Source: Nitrospirota bacterium
GTDB taxonomy: Bacteria; Nitrospirota; Thermodesulfovibrionia; Thermodesulfovibrionales; JdFR-86
DNA: 64,000 bases
Assembly (NCBI GenBank): GCA_016207905.1
Contig: JACQZC010000055.1
Coordinates: 5,998 to 69,997, forward strand
Direction of reading: 5' to 3'
The notes under the pieces were generated by a model. It searched no databases, was not told the origin of the DNA, and was given only the letters and a program-made list of their open reading frames with translations. A program made the position numbers and the translations under genes. Below, one piece after another: positions 37,115 through 46,711 of this stretch; position 1 is the stretch's first letter; each line of letters starts with the position of its first letter.

Positions 37115-38061
37115 ATAATCCTGCTATAATCCTTCTTAACTTAGGCGGACCTGACTGCATCGAGGCAGTTAAGCCGTTTCTTTATAATCTCTTCAAAGAC
37201 CGTGAGATTATCAGGCTTGGTCCATCGTTTATGCAAAAGCCCCTTGCATGGCTCATCTCGAGCCTGAGGCAGGGAAAGACAAAGGAGGCATATACCCTCA
37301 TTGGAGGCAGGTCCCCTATCTTAGACATTACAATGGCACAGGCAGATGAACTTCAAAAGGCAGTAGGCTTAAAGGTCTATGTTGCAATGAGGTACTGGAG
37401 ACCATATACAGATGATGTTGTCAGAGAAATTAACAGGGAGGGCATAAAGAAGCTCATTTGCCTGACTCTATATCCTCATTACTCAAAGGCAACGACAGGC
37501 TCTGCAATGGAGGACTTTAAAAGGGCTGTCAGGAAATACCCTATTGAGTATCATGCAGTTACCTCTTGGTTTAACCAACCTTCTTATATAGAGGCACTTA
37601 TCCATGTAATTAAAAAAGGCGTTGGGAGCGTTCAAGACATCCATCTCCTTTTTAGTGCACACAGTCTTCCTCAGAGATTCATAGACGAAGGAGACCCATA
37701 TATGAATGAGATTATGGGGACGATTAACGAGGTAATGAAGCACTTCCCTAACATGACTAACAGGTGGCATATATCTTATCAATCAAAGAGCGGTCCTGTA
37801 AGGTGGCTTAAACCTTCAACTGATGAGATGTTAAGAAAGCTCTCGGCAGGAGGTGTTAAGAATGTCCTCGTTATACCAATAAGCTTTGTCTCGGACCATA
37901 TGGAGACACTTTATGAGATTGATATATTATACAAGGGCATTGCCGAAAGGCTCGGCATAGAGCTTAAAAGAACAGAGTCTTTGAATACCAATCCTATATT
38001 TATTCGCGCACTCAGAGAGATTGCCTTAGATGCAATTAAATCAGCAGGTTGGAGCCTATGA
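37111..38061 (+). CDS. hemH: Ferrochelatase, probable CTG start
   Basis: The conserved N-terminus (NNPAIILLNLGGPDCIEAVKPFLYNLFKDREII) lies upstream of the track start at 37231. There is no ATG/GTG/TTG in frame between the stop at 37072-37074 and 37231. CTG at 37111 overlaps the tmk stop (CTGA). Confidence 0.8.
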   Translation: MNNPAIILLNLGGPDCIEAVKPFLYNLFKDREIIRLGPSFMQKPLAWLISSLRQGKTKEAYTLIGGRSPILDITMAQADELQKAVGLKVYVAMRYWRPYTDDVVREINREGIKKLICLTLYPHYSKATTGSAMEDFKRAVRKYPIEYHAVTSWFNQPSYIEALIHVIKKGVGSVQDIHLLFSAHSLPQRFIDEGDPYMNEIMGTINEVMKHFPNMTNRWHISYQSKSGPVRWLKPSTDEMLRKLSAGGVKNVLVIPISFVSDHMETLYEIDILYKGIAERLGIELKRTESLNTNPIFIRALREIALDAIKSAGWSL

Positions 38062-39437
38062 GCCTAATAATCATTGGAGGTGGAATCTCAGGGCTCTCTC
38101 TTGCCTATAGCCTCGTTTCAGGTAAAGGAGACATCGAGCTTACCCTCATAGAGGCTGATAGAAAGTTAGGCGGAAAGGTCTGTAGCCAGACCGAAAGAGG
38201 CTATATTTTTGAATCAGGGGTCAATGCCTTTCTTAATAACAAGCCTAAAACCCTCGAGCTTGCATCACACCTTTTGCTTCACCCGCTTAGAAGTAGCGAT
38301 TCTGCAAGAAAAAGGTTTATATATTCAGAGGGAAAACTCCACAGGCTTTCTGAATCTCCGCCTGCCTTTTTAGCCTCATCCCTTATGAGTCTTCCGGGGA
38401 AGCTGAGAATCCTCCTTGAGCCTTTTATGCCAAAAGGAGCTAAAGATGACGAAAGCCTTGCTGATTTTGCAAGAAGAAGGCTTGGAAAAGAGGCATACGA
38501 AAAGCTCATAGACCCAATGGCATCAGGCATCTATGCAGGCGACCCAGAGACGATGAGCCTCAAAAGTTGTTTTCCAAGGATATATGAGCTTGAGAATGAA
38601 TACGGTTCTCTTATAAGGGCATTGATAAAGCTAAAGAAGGAGGCAAAAAAAACAGGGGCAAAGGTAAGTGCAGGTCCATCTGGTGTCCTCACCTCATTCC
38701 CTTCAGGCATGTCGAGCATGACCGATGCCTTAGGAGCAGTCCTTAAACACAGGATAAAAACCCAAAGCAAGGCAGTCTCCATAGAGAAAACAAAACAGGG
38801 CTATGCAGTGTATTTAGAGGATGGCTCGAGGCTCGAGGCAGAAAGGATTGTCCTTGCCACACCTGCCTATGAAAGTGCAAATATCCTTAAAGAGATGGAT
38901 AAAAGTTTTTCCGACGCCCTCGAGGAGATTCCGTATCCGCCTCTCTCTATTGTGGCTTTGGCGTATAAGAAGGAAAAACTAAAGGCATCCCTCGATGCAT
39001 TTGGATTCCTCGTGCCCAAAAAAGAGGGAAGAAGAATCTTAGGTGCGCTTTATGATTCAAGTATATTCCCAAATAGAGCACCTGAGGGCTATGTTCTTCT
39101 TAGGTGCATGGCAGGTGGTGCAAAGTCTCCTGAGATTGCACTTATGGATGATAAGAGGCTCCTGAGTTCGGTCCTTGAAGACCTAAGAGACATTTCAGGC
39201 ATAAGGACAGAGCCCGAGCTCATTAAAATCTTCAGACATGAAAAGGCAATACCACAGTATCTTATAGGTCATAGCGAAAGATTAAGAAAGATAGATGAGA
39301 TACTGCAAAGATATAAAGGACTCTATATTACAGGTAATAGCCTAAGAGGTATCGGGTTTAACGACTGCATAGAGAACTCATATAAGTTATCAGAAAGGAT
39401 TCTTCAGCCTGTTACCTCAGAAAGCCACTTAAGATAG
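38049..39437 (+). CDS. hemY: Protoporphyrinogen/coproporphyrinogen III oxidase (HemY-type FAD oxidase)
   Basis: N-terminal dinucleotide fold IIIGGGISGLSLAY, 462 aa, adjacent to hemH. Confidence 0.85.
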   Translation: MEPMSLIIIGGGISGLSLAYSLVSGKGDIELTLIEADRKLGGKVCSQTERGYIFESGVNAFLNNKPKTLELASHLLLHPLRSSDSARKRFIYSEGKLHRLSESPPAFLASSLMSLPGKLRILLEPFMPKGAKDDESLADFARRRLGKEAYEKLIDPMASGIYAGDPETMSLKSCFPRIYELENEYGSLIRALIKLKKEAKKTGAKVSAGPSGVLTSFPSGMSSMTDALGAVLKHRIKTQSKAVSIEKTKQGYAVYLEDGSRLEAERIVLATPAYESANILKEMDKSFSDALEEIPYPPLSIVALAYKKEKLKASLDAFGFLVPKKEGRRILGALYDSSIFPNRAPEGYVLLRCMAGGAKSPEIALMDDKRLLSSVLEDLRDISGIRTEPELIKIFRHEKAIPQYLIGHSERLRKIDEILQRYKGLYITGNSLRGIGFNDCIENSYKLSERILQPVTSESHLR

Positions 39438-39724
39438 TCCTCTGAGCCTTCTACTATTGGAAGTGCAATGACCTCTGGCACGGAGTAGGTATGAAGCTCC
39501 TTAACCCTCTTAAGAAGTGGCTCAAAAAGGCTCTGCCTTGTTTTCAGTATCATAAGGACTTCAGGTTCATCCTCAATCTTACCCTGCCAGCTATATATAG
39601 ACCGCACTCCCTTTATGATATTTACACAGCCTGCAAGCCTCTCACTTACAAGTGCATTTGCAATCTTGACTGCCTCATCCTCATTGGGTGCTGTGATAAA
39701 GACAACGATGTATTCAGACATCAT
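39404..39724 (-). CDS. cutA: Divalent-cation tolerance protein CutA
   Basis: 106 aa with the CutA1 pattern (VFITAPNEDEA...AGCVNI...YSWQGKIE...E). Confidence 0.85.
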   Translation of the reverse strand: MMSEYIVVFITAPNEDEAVKIANALVSERLAGCVNIIKGVRSIYSWQGKIEDEPEVLMILKTRQSLFEPLLKRVKELHTYSVPEVIALPIVEGSEDYLKWLSEVTG

Positions 39725-40781
39725 CTATAAACCTCCCATCCCTCATAAGCTCTGTCTTTGTGCCTTTCTTATCTATAAGTATTAGGGTTGGCTTTAGGAA
39801 CACAAAGTCCTGATGAAAAGGCGTCTTGACATTACCCCCAAATGAGCTATTGTCTCCCAGTGCTATGTGTATAGTGCCCATTATCTTTTCGGATTCAAGG
39901 ATGTTATCGAGCCTTTTTGCCATATCATTTGTGCCAATGCCAAGCTCTGCGATATTTCTGTTTTCCTTTCTTTCATTGAGCTTTTCTCCGAGATATGTGA
40001 CATAAGGCTCACTGCCCGAGACATCTTTGACATTGCCTTCCTTTACGATGAGTGTAATGGGTGAGGCAAGTCTTCTCGTTGGTGCCCATTCTAAGATGAG
40101 CTTTCCATTAGCAGTTCCTTCGATGGGCGAAAGGAAAACCTCACCTGCAGGAAGGTTTCCAAAAGAGCCTGCCTTTGTAAGTATACCTGTGTCAGAGTGG
40201 ATTTTTCTTTTGCCTCTTTGAAATTTAAGGTGTGTGCCGTTTGAGGTCTTAATCTCTATGGAGTCTGCTTTTCTTAATGTCTTTGAGATGAGGTCTGTCC
40301 TTTTCTTGAGTTCCTTATAGTTGACAGCCATTCCTGTCTCAAGCATCCCTACATCGAAAAGGGGCATGCTGGCATATCTGCTGCCGCAGACCTTAGTAAG
40401 GAGATTTCTAAAAAGCGTATGGGTCGTTGAATAATTAGAAAGGGCAATCACTGCATGAGGTGCAGATTTTTTATATCTCAGGATTATCTTTTGGGCTTGT
40501 TTAATCTGTGCATCAGTTGCCTTCTTGCTGAGTAATGGCTTAAGTATGCCTGCCTTTTTGAGAGCACTAATAGCTCTTTTACCAAATGCACACTCCCAAA
40601 GTTTTAAAGGTGGCTCTTTTGCATGTGTGCCCGTGGCAGGATATTCATAAAAAAGCACTTTTTTCGAAAGGCTTCTGCCTGCCTCGGCAGTTAAGATAGC
40701 AATGTCTCTGAGCATGTGCCTGCGGTTGAGGTCTGCCTTTTCTATATTTTCTTTCTTTGATGGCGTATCAGTGAATACCAG
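39714..40781 (-). CDS. M29-family aminopeptidase (AmpS/aminopeptidase T-like), start uncertain
   Basis: Motifs NLPAGEVF and GTIHIALGDN are present. The frame stays open and protein-like upstream of the track ATG at 40715 (…AIRAIYIVNLKVKSSERVLVFTD…) with no canonical start; CTG at 40781 is one candidate. Confidence 0.75.
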   Translation of the reverse strand: MVFTDTPSKKENIEKADLNRRHMLRDIAILTAEAGRSLSKKVLFYEYPATGTHAKEPPLKLWECAFGKRAISALKKAGILKPLLSKKATDAQIKQAQKIILRYKKSAPHAVIALSNYSTTHTLFRNLLTKVCGSRYASMPLFDVGMLETGMAVNYKELKKRTDLISKTLRKADSIEIKTSNGTHLKFQRGKRKIHSDTGILTKAGSFGNLPAGEVFLSPIEGTANGKLILEWAPTRRLASPITLIVKEGNVKDVSGSEPYVTYLGEKLNERKENRNIAELGIGTNDMAKRLDNILESEKIMGTIHIALGDNSSFGGNVKTPFHQDFVFLKPTLILIDKKGTKTELMRDGRFIDDV

Positions 40782-40837
40782 AACCCTTTCTGAGCTTTTG
40801 ACTTTGAGGTTGACTATGTATATAGCCCTTATGGCTT

Positions 40838-42067
40838 CTACAAGCCCGATGTCTCTGTCTCTTTGATTATGGTAGGTGTGATAAAGATAAGGAGTTCAAG
40901 CTGGTCGTCTCTTTTAGCCTTGCTTTTAAAGAGCCATCCGAGAAGGGGAATCTTTGAAAGAAATGGAACCCTCGTTTCCCTATTGGAGTCAGCCTTTCTG
41001 TATATACCGCCTATGACTATCGTCTCTCCGTCTTTTACTATAAGCTGTGTCTTTGCCTCACGGGTATCCTTTGGCGGGATTCCAAGAACCGATTTTCCGA
41101 AGTCAAACTCATCCCTTTTGGTGTTTATTATCATAGCCACTTTATCATCGGACACTGCCCTTGGAGTCACGGAAAGGGAAAGGGTTGCCTGAACCCTTTC
41201 AACTGAGGTTGTTGTCACCCCCCCTACCGTGGTGCTTGTCCCAGAAGGCACAACTATCTCTGTTCCGCTTGTTATCTGAGCCTCCTGATTTTCAAGAACC
41301 CTTATGCGGGGGCTCGAAAGGATTTTTCCTGCTCCTGAATCCTCTAAGGCAGACAATACGGCATTAAGACTGAAATTGTCTTTAATATATCCCAAGCCCA
41401 ATGAGCCTGTGGCAGCGCCACCTGTAAGAGGGACATTCACCGAGAAGGAGCTGTCAACTACCCATTCTGTGCTTTGTGCCGACCAGTTTATGCCAAACTC
41501 CCTTCTGAAGTTCGAGCTTACCTCCACTATCCTTGCCTCTATCATTATCTGTGCAGGTTGTATGTCCATGTTCCCAATCAGGGAGCTTATCTTGTCAACG
41601 ACCTGAGGTATATCCTTCACAATTAATGAATTCGTAGATTCCACAGGTATTATCTGACCTTTGCCACTTAAAAATCCATTCAACGCACTTACCGATTTAT
41701 CCGAGACCCTGAGGTATTTAAGTTTGAATTCCCTGACAACTACATACTCCTCCTTTTTTTCATAATCGGTAAGAGGCTCTACTAAGAGAAGCCCAGTCCT
41801 GACGATGCGATATGTATAGCCCTTGCTTTTTAAGATGGACTCTATGGCATCCCATAGGGGTATACCTTTGAGACTAACTGTCACATTGCCTGAGACAGAG
41901 TCATCCACAATGATATTTATACCGTGCTCCTGACTTAATGCCCTCAGGACATCTTTTATTGGCACATCCCTTAGCTCCATGGAAATCATTGGTCCTCTTT
42001 CTTCTTGAGCAAAGAGAGGCTGAAGGAAAACTAATACTAAGGCTATTGTTAAGACTATTGCCTTCAT
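40838..42067 (-). CDS. Secretin (GspD/PilQ family), short 409-aa form
   Basis: Signal peptide plus a C-terminal secretin domain ending VPFLSKIPLLGWLFKSK. Confidence 0.85.
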   Translation of the reverse strand: MKAIVLTIALVLVFLQPLFAQEERGPMISMELRDVPIKDVLRALSQEHGINIIVDDSVSGNVTVSLKGIPLWDAIESILKSKGYTYRIVRTGLLLVEPLTDYEKKEEYVVVREFKLKYLRVSDKSVSALNGFLSGKGQIIPVESTNSLIVKDIPQVVDKISSLIGNMDIQPAQIMIEARIVEVSSNFRREFGINWSAQSTEWVVDSSFSVNVPLTGGAATGSLGLGYIKDNFSLNAVLSALEDSGAGKILSSPRIRVLENQEAQITSGTEIVVPSGTSTTVGGVTTTSVERVQATLSLSVTPRAVSDDKVAMIINTKRDEFDFGKSVLGIPPKDTREAKTQLIVKDGETIVIGGIYRKADSNRETRVPFLSKIPLLGWLFKSKAKRDDQLELLIFITPTIIKETETSGL

Positions 42068-42459
42068 TTCTGTAGTTGTGTGCCTCTTATGGCAAACCTA
42101 TCTATGCCAAGAAGGAATTTTTTGCCATTTCTTTCAAAAAGCACCTTGTCTCCTGAAATATCTAAGATTTTGAAGCCTGAGACAGTGTCGCCCTTTCTAT
42201 AGAACTCTCCATTTATTATAGCCACTGCCTTTTTTCCATTAGATATCACCCCGCCTATCTTAATCATGAAAAGCCCCTCTTCCTTAACAGCAGTCTCCAC
42301 CTTAAACCTGTCCTCGTATCTGACAAAGGGGTCTCTGCCCCATTTAGGCTGTTTATCCTTTTTCAGCTCCTCAATCTTTATGTCCGATAGCTCCATAGGA
42401 TAAGAGGTGCCTACAAAGAGAAAAATAACGAGTCCACTTATGATAAGCCATGTCCTCAT
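42064..42459 (-). CDS. Hypothetical periplasmic protein in the PilP/GspC position
   Basis: N-terminal TM or signal. The call rests on its position between the PilO-like gene and the secretin; I recognise no family motif. Confidence 0.4.
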   Translation of the reverse strand: MRTWLIISGLVIFLFVGTSYPMELSDIKIEELKKDKQPKWGRDPFVRYEDRFKVETAVKEEGLFMIKIGGVISNGKKAVAIINGEFYRKGDTVSGFKILDISGDKVLFERNGKKFLLGIDRFAIRGTQLQK

Positions 42460-42995
42460 GTTTTCTCAAGATATGTCAGTGCTTTTATTAAGGCTATTCC
42501 CTGTGGGTAAACCGCATCGTTTGTCTCAAAGCGGATGGACTCTATAAGGAGAAGCCTGTGCTTTTCCCCAAGGTATCTTACGAAATCGTAAAGCTGTCTA
42601 TATTTAACCCTTAGCTCTAATTTAAGCCGCATCTCTATAAATCTATCTTTCTGCCTTACTACCTCTGGAGATATAGATATAAAGTCAACTCCCAGTGCAT
42701 TTGCCTGTCTGCTTATCGCAAGAAACATCTCATGAAATGTATCTGCCTTTGGAAGGGTAACAGGCATGGCTTGAGGAACCTCAGGAGGCTGTGCCTTTAT
42801 AACAGTATCGAGTGTAGTTACATCTTTTAGGATGCTCTCGAAGCTCTGCCTTTTAATTCCAACTGCCTTTTTAGAAGGCTCATAAAGAAACATATAAGGA
42901 ACGATAAACACAACTATGGCAGTAGTTATGCCTGCGATGAGCTTTTCTCTCAGGGAAAGCCCTTTCAGCTTCTTTTTTATAGCATTCAGGTCCAT
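42456..42995 (-). CDS. PilO-like pilus/secretion assembly protein
   Basis: Single N-terminal TM, about 180 aa, in pilM-N-O gene order. Confidence 0.5.
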   Translation of the reverse strand: MDLNAIKKKLKGLSLREKLIAGITTAIVVFIVPYMFLYEPSKKAVGIKRQSFESILKDVTTLDTVIKAQPPEVPQAMPVTLPKADTFHEMFLAISRQANALGVDFISISPEVVRQKDRFIEMRLKLELRVKYRQLYDFVRYLGEKHRLLLIESIRFETNDAVYPQGIALIKALTYLEKT

Positions 42996-43510
42996 TGCAC
43001 CTTAACCTTTAGCTCGAATGCTACATCCTTCTGTCCTTTCTGAGAGAAGACTATCTCTGCATCCGAAAAATAAATGGATGCCTCGAGCCTCGACATAAAA
43101 CTGGCAACTGCAACCTGACTCTTTGAAAGTCCATTGACCCTCATATAAAACCCTGCCTCAGAATCCCTTACATCTATGAAATTCAGCCATACCTCATCAG
43201 GTATAACTACAGACAATTCGCTCAGCACAATGTCCCATGGCGGTGTCTTGTTAATCGCACCGGCTATCTCTTTATCATCAGTAATAACTAAAGGAGGGGG
43301 TGGTGGCTTAATCTGTCTTAGAAGAGCGGATTTTCTTTCCTCTGTCTTTCTTATCTCGGATTCAAGGTTTTTAGCCTTTATTATATTAGATGCAGACAGC
43401 CCTGCCACTCCTATAACATATGCCACAACCGTAATGCCTATATAAAAGACAATACCCTTCGAAGGTCTTGGTATCTTCCCTGCTGAAAGCAGGTTCAGGG
43501 TTTCCTTCAA
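42986..43510 (-). CDS. PilN-like (fimbrial assembly) protein
   Basis: Single TM followed by a coiled-coil, immediately after pilM. Confidence 0.55.
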   Translation of the reverse strand: MKETLNLLSAGKIPRPSKGIVFYIGITVVAYVIGVAGLSASNIIKAKNLESEIRKTEERKSALLRQIKPPPPPLVITDDKEIAGAINKTPPWDIVLSELSVVIPDEVWLNFIDVRDSEAGFYMRVNGLSKSQVAVASFMSRLEASIYFSDAEIVFSQKGQKDVAFELKVKVQWT

Positions 43511-44457
43511 TTAGTCCTCCTTGCCAGTCCAATAGCAACCGAAAACCTTGGGCTGATGGACCTTATAGTCTCATCAGCCATCTGAAGACCAATAAATGGG
43601 TCAGGGACACTGACCAATATGTCAAGCGCATGAGAAAAAAACCTTCCTACTGCCGGGTTTATTGCCACACCACCTGTGAGTATGACCTCGGAAAAGGTTT
43701 TCTCCTTGAAATTTGCCTGATAATAATCCATTGAGCGCAGGGTCTCTTTAAGGAACTCCTCGAGAGGCTCTTTTAGTTCTTCGTCTCCTTCCCGTAAGAG
43801 CCTTTCTGCTTCCTCTTTACCGACTGCACTGGTGGTAAGGCTCTGGATGATAAAATTTCCTCCAATATCAACGGTCCTTGTCAGTCTGAGGATTCCTGCC
43901 TTTAGTATATTAATTTCAGTTGACACAGCACCTATGTCGAGCATTATCGTATTGCCTGCTGAACTGGGTTTAAGAGCCCTTATAAGGCAAAGAGGTGAAA
44001 TATCTATGGCTATCACATTTAGCCCTGCTTCCTTGAAAGGCAGTAGATAACTCTGGATGTTTTTCCTCTGTGCTCCGGCAAATATCACTGAAATGCCATC
44101 TGTAACAGCAGTTGCCACATAATCATAGACTGCCTCCTCGGTTGGATATGGGAGCTGTCTTTTGACCTCCCATTTTACAGCCTCTTTTAGCTCGGCATGA
44201 GGCATTGGCGGGAAACTCACTGCCCTTACAAAGGCAAGATTCCCTGGAAACTGAACGATTGCAGGTCTTCCTGAAACTCCAATGCCTTTTAAAAAATCCC
44301 TGAGTGTGCCAATCAGTCGTGCCTCGTCTGACATGATGTTGTGCGGTATGTCTATATATGTGGCAAGAGTAACCCTTCTGCCCTTTAGCTGAGCCACCTT
44401 TAGAGAGCCGCCTCCGAGGTCAACACCAAATATAGCAGCCCTGAAAAGCCCTCCCAA
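43507..44457 (-). CDS. pilM: PilM-like actin-fold ATPase of type IV pilus/T2SS assembly
   Basis: It has FGVDLGGGSLKVAQL, an actin-like fold and is 316 aa long. Confidence 0.8.
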   Translation of the reverse strand: MGGLFRAAIFGVDLGGGSLKVAQLKGRRVTLATYIDIPHNIMSDEARLIGTLRDFLKGIGVSGRPAIVQFPGNLAFVRAVSFPPMPHAELKEAVKWEVKRQLPYPTEEAVYDYVATAVTDGISVIFAGAQRKNIQSYLLPFKEAGLNVIAIDISPLCLIRALKPSSAGNTIMLDIGAVSTEINILKAGILRLTRTVDIGGNFIIQSLTTSAVGKEEAERLLREGDEELKEPLEEFLKETLRSMDYYQANFKEKTFSEVILTGGVAINPAVGRFFSHALDILVSVPDPFIGLQMADETIRSISPRFSVAIGLARRTN

Positions 44458-44691
44458 TCAATACCTCTTTGCAAAATAATATGCCATGAAGAACATGAAC
44501 GCAGAGACAATTAAGAGGGATATTCCAAACCCGATTCTGTAGGAAAATGTAATAGTGTCAACCTTGGCTATCATCCTCGCAGAGAGCTCATTTATTTTTT
44601 TTAGGGCAGATGGGGTGAATAAGAACATTGCGCCCAATAGAAATGCCAAAACCCCTAATGCGAAAGAGATGTTAACTATAGTCATAGTCAC
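44458..44691 (-). CDS. Small two-TM membrane protein (77 aa)
   Basis: AAGGAGGTG SD upstream, two hydrophobic helices, and it abuts the pilM start. Confidence 0.5.
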   Translation of the reverse strand: MTMTIVNISFALGVLAFLLGAMFLFTPSALKKINELSARMIAKVDTITFSYRIGFGISLLIVSAFMFFMAYYFAKRY

Positions 44692-44737
44692 CTCCTTAAA
44701 GTTATTCTTTAAAATATAGACATAAATTACTCAAATG

Positions 44738-45694
44738 TCAAGGATTTTTTAGGCCGTAGTGCTTTATAAGCTTAAGGTCATCTTCTATTTTTCTGCCTGT
44801 AGTTGTAAGGTAATCTCCTATAAGGAGCCCATCTGCGCCTGCCATAAAGGCAAATGAATTGAACTCACCAAGGCAATGTCTTCCACCGCAGAGCCTTATT
44901 TCTTTTTGAGGAAGGAGGAATCTATAGAGGCTTATGATTTTAAGTGCCTCAAATGGAGGAATCGGCTCTACATGCTCACAGGCAGTGCCGGGTATTGGTA
45001 TGAGAAAGTTTATTGGAATCGAGTCTGCATCGAGCTCCCTAAGGAGCACTGCCATTTCAACCCTGTCCTGCCAGTCCTCTCCAATGCCGAATATTCCTCC
45101 TGAGCAAAGCGAAAGCCCTGCTGACTTCACTGCCCTTATAGTCATAAGTTTCTCTTCATACGAATGGGTTTTACATATCTCAGGGAAAAACCTTCTCGAG
45201 GTCTCAAGGTTATGATGGTATCTTTCGAGTCCGGCTGACTTAAGGGTTCTGAGTTCATCCTCTTTAAGCAAACCTAATGTTGCACATGGAAGAAGGCCAA
45301 TGCCTCTTACAGAGGCAATCATCAGTGCAATCTCTTTAAGCTCCGTTGGGGTTGCCCTTTTTCCACTTATTACTATGCAGAATCTTTTTGCACCCGAGGT
45401 TTTTGCTTTTCTTGCTTTTTCGATGACTACATCCTTACTTATCAGGGGATAGCTCTCGAGCTCTGTTTTTGCCTTTGCTGATTGGGCACAATAGGAGCAG
45501 TCCTCGGGGCAGGCACCTGATTTGGCATTTACGATTGAGCAAAGGTCAACACTGTCTCCCCTGAATGCCTTTGTAATCTTATTGGCATAAAGGAAAAGCT
45601 CGAATATATCTCCATCGGTCTCTGAGATGGCAATGGCTTCCTCTTTTGATAGGAAGCCTCCGGATAGGATTCTTTCAAAAAGAGCCTTTAGCAT
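44738..45694 (-). CDS. bioB: Biotin synthase
   Basis: Radical SAM motif CPEDCSYCAQS and full-length BioB. Confidence 0.95.
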   Translation of the reverse strand: MLKALFERILSGGFLSKEEAIAISETDGDIFELFLYANKITKAFRGDSVDLCSIVNAKSGACPEDCSYCAQSAKAKTELESYPLISKDVVIEKARKAKTSGAKRFCIVISGKRATPTELKEIALMIASVRGIGLLPCATLGLLKEDELRTLKSAGLERYHHNLETSRRFFPEICKTHSYEEKLMTIRAVKSAGLSLCSGGIFGIGEDWQDRVEMAVLLRELDADSIPINFLIPIPGTACEHVEPIPPFEALKIISLYRFLLPQKEIRLCGGRHCLGEFNSFAFMAGADGLLIGDYLTTTGRKIEDDLKLIKHYGLKNP

Positions 45695-45700
45695 CTTCTT

Positions 45701-45982
45701 TCAAAAATACCTTATTGAGAATCCTCTGAACTCTGCTTGAAACTCTTCCCATTTAACGGATATATCGCTGACCTTTGAGACAGGAGGTCCCTTTTGGCAT
45801 AGACTTATGGCTTTCTCTATGTCTTGTCTTTCTCCTTCAAAGACAGCCTCGACCCTTCCGTCGGGCAGGTTTCTCACCCAGCCTTTTAGCCCGAGGGAAA
45901 GGGCGGTTTCCTCTGCGAATGACCTGTAAAAGACACCTTGAACCCTGCCTGAGATTATTAGATGCGCCCTCGATAATGCCAC
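45701..45982 (-). CDS. acyP: Acylphosphatase
   Basis: 93 aa with VQGVFYR and GWVRNLPDGRVE. GTG start. Confidence 0.9.
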   Translation of the reverse strand: MALSRAHLIISGRVQGVFYRSFAEETALSLGLKGWVRNLPDGRVEAVFEGERQDIEKAISLCQKGPPVSKVSDISVKWEEFQAEFRGFSIRYF

Positions 45983-45990
45983 AGTTTTAG

Positions 45991-45999
45991 ATTATATCA
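45991..45999 (-). promoter_or_regulatory. Extended -10 (TGATATAAT) for acyP-bioB, near-leaderless
   Basis: The minus strand reads TTATGATATAAT, with the GTG start 8 nt downstream of the -10 box. Confidence 0.4.
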
Positions 46000-46016
46000 T
46001 AAAGTGTTTTTTTATT

Positions 46017-46030
46017 ACCCATACACGTGC
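46017..46030 (+). repeat. 14-mer ACCCATACACGTGC, left copy of a direct repeat bracketing the TA/IS islet
   Basis: 13/14 identical to 47898-47911 (ACCCATACACTTGC). Confidence 0.6.
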
Positions 46031-46063
46031 CCTGTTGCCTCATGTAAAAATCTTGATGAAATG

Positions 46064-46112
46064 GCGAGGGATAAACCTAAGAGGCGTAAGGAAGTGATGG
46101 CGGGGATTGTGC
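46064..46112 (+). repeat. Copy 2 (partial) of the conserved module, encoding MARDKPKRRKEVMAGIV...
   Basis: It aligns to copies 1 and 3 with 3-nt indels only and Arg-to-Arg codon-family switches (AGA vs CGT). It lacks the 5' third and the shared stop. Confidence 0.6.
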
Positions 46113-46147
46113 GAGCGATTGAATTTTACCCTCTGTCTGTTTCTTTA

Positions 46148-46156
46148 TGATATAAT
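46148..46156 (+). promoter_or_regulatory. Extended -10 (TGATATAAT) for TA pair 2
   Basis: TTATGATATAAT lies 45 nt upstream of ATG 46201, and an AGGAGG SD is present. Confidence 0.4.
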
Positions 46157-46200
46157 TTTACAATATAAGCACCTTATCGGAAACATAGGAGGATGCATAA

Positions 46201-46389
46201 ATGAAGAATATTACCATTGAAACTCTTTACAACAAAGTTGTCGAATTGCAACAAGATGTTGTTCAGATTAAGAAAAGTCTTCTGGAAGAACCCGGGTTGA
46301 GAACAGAGTTTATTCAAAGGATGAGAGATATTGACCTTGAAAAGTCTATAATGGTTAAAGATTTTGGAAAAAGATACGGTCTGAAATAG
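46201..46389 (+). CDS. Putative antitoxin (62 aa)
   Basis: Preceded by an AGGAGG SD, directly upstream of the RelE-like gene and overlapping it by 1 nt. Confidence 0.55.
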   Translation: MKNITIETLYNKVVELQQDVVQIKKSLLEEPGLRTEFIQRMRDIDLEKSIMVKDFGKRYGLK

Positions 46390-46655
46390 TGTACAGACTT
46401 GCTATTAAAGAGAGGCTGGATAAAAAATTCAAGCAACTTCAGAAAAAAGACAAGGAAATACTACGATTAATTGATAGAAAGGTGCAAGATATCCTTGTTG
46501 ACCCTTGCCGTTTTAAACCTTTAAGAAAGCCGCTACAAAACAAACGGAGAGTTCATGTAGGCGGGTCATTTGTTCTGGTATACGAAGTCAACGAAAAAGA
46601 GAATTTAGTTACGCTGTTGGATTTTGACCATCATGATAATGTGTATGAAGTATAA
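46389..46655 (+). CDS. RelE/ParE-family toxin (88 aa)
   Basis: GTG start. The pattern KKDKEILRLIDRKVQDILVDP...KPL...RRVHVGGSFVLVYEV is typical of RelE/StbE. Confidence 0.8.
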   Translation: MYRLAIKERLDKKFKQLQKKDKEILRLIDRKVQDILVDPCRFKPLRKPLQNKRRVHVGGSFVLVYEVNEKENLVTLLDFDHHDNVYEV

Positions 46656-46711
46656 GCGGTATATCGCTTAAAAAAGACTGTGGTTTTGATAAGTTCTGGG
46701 CCCTTGCTCTG

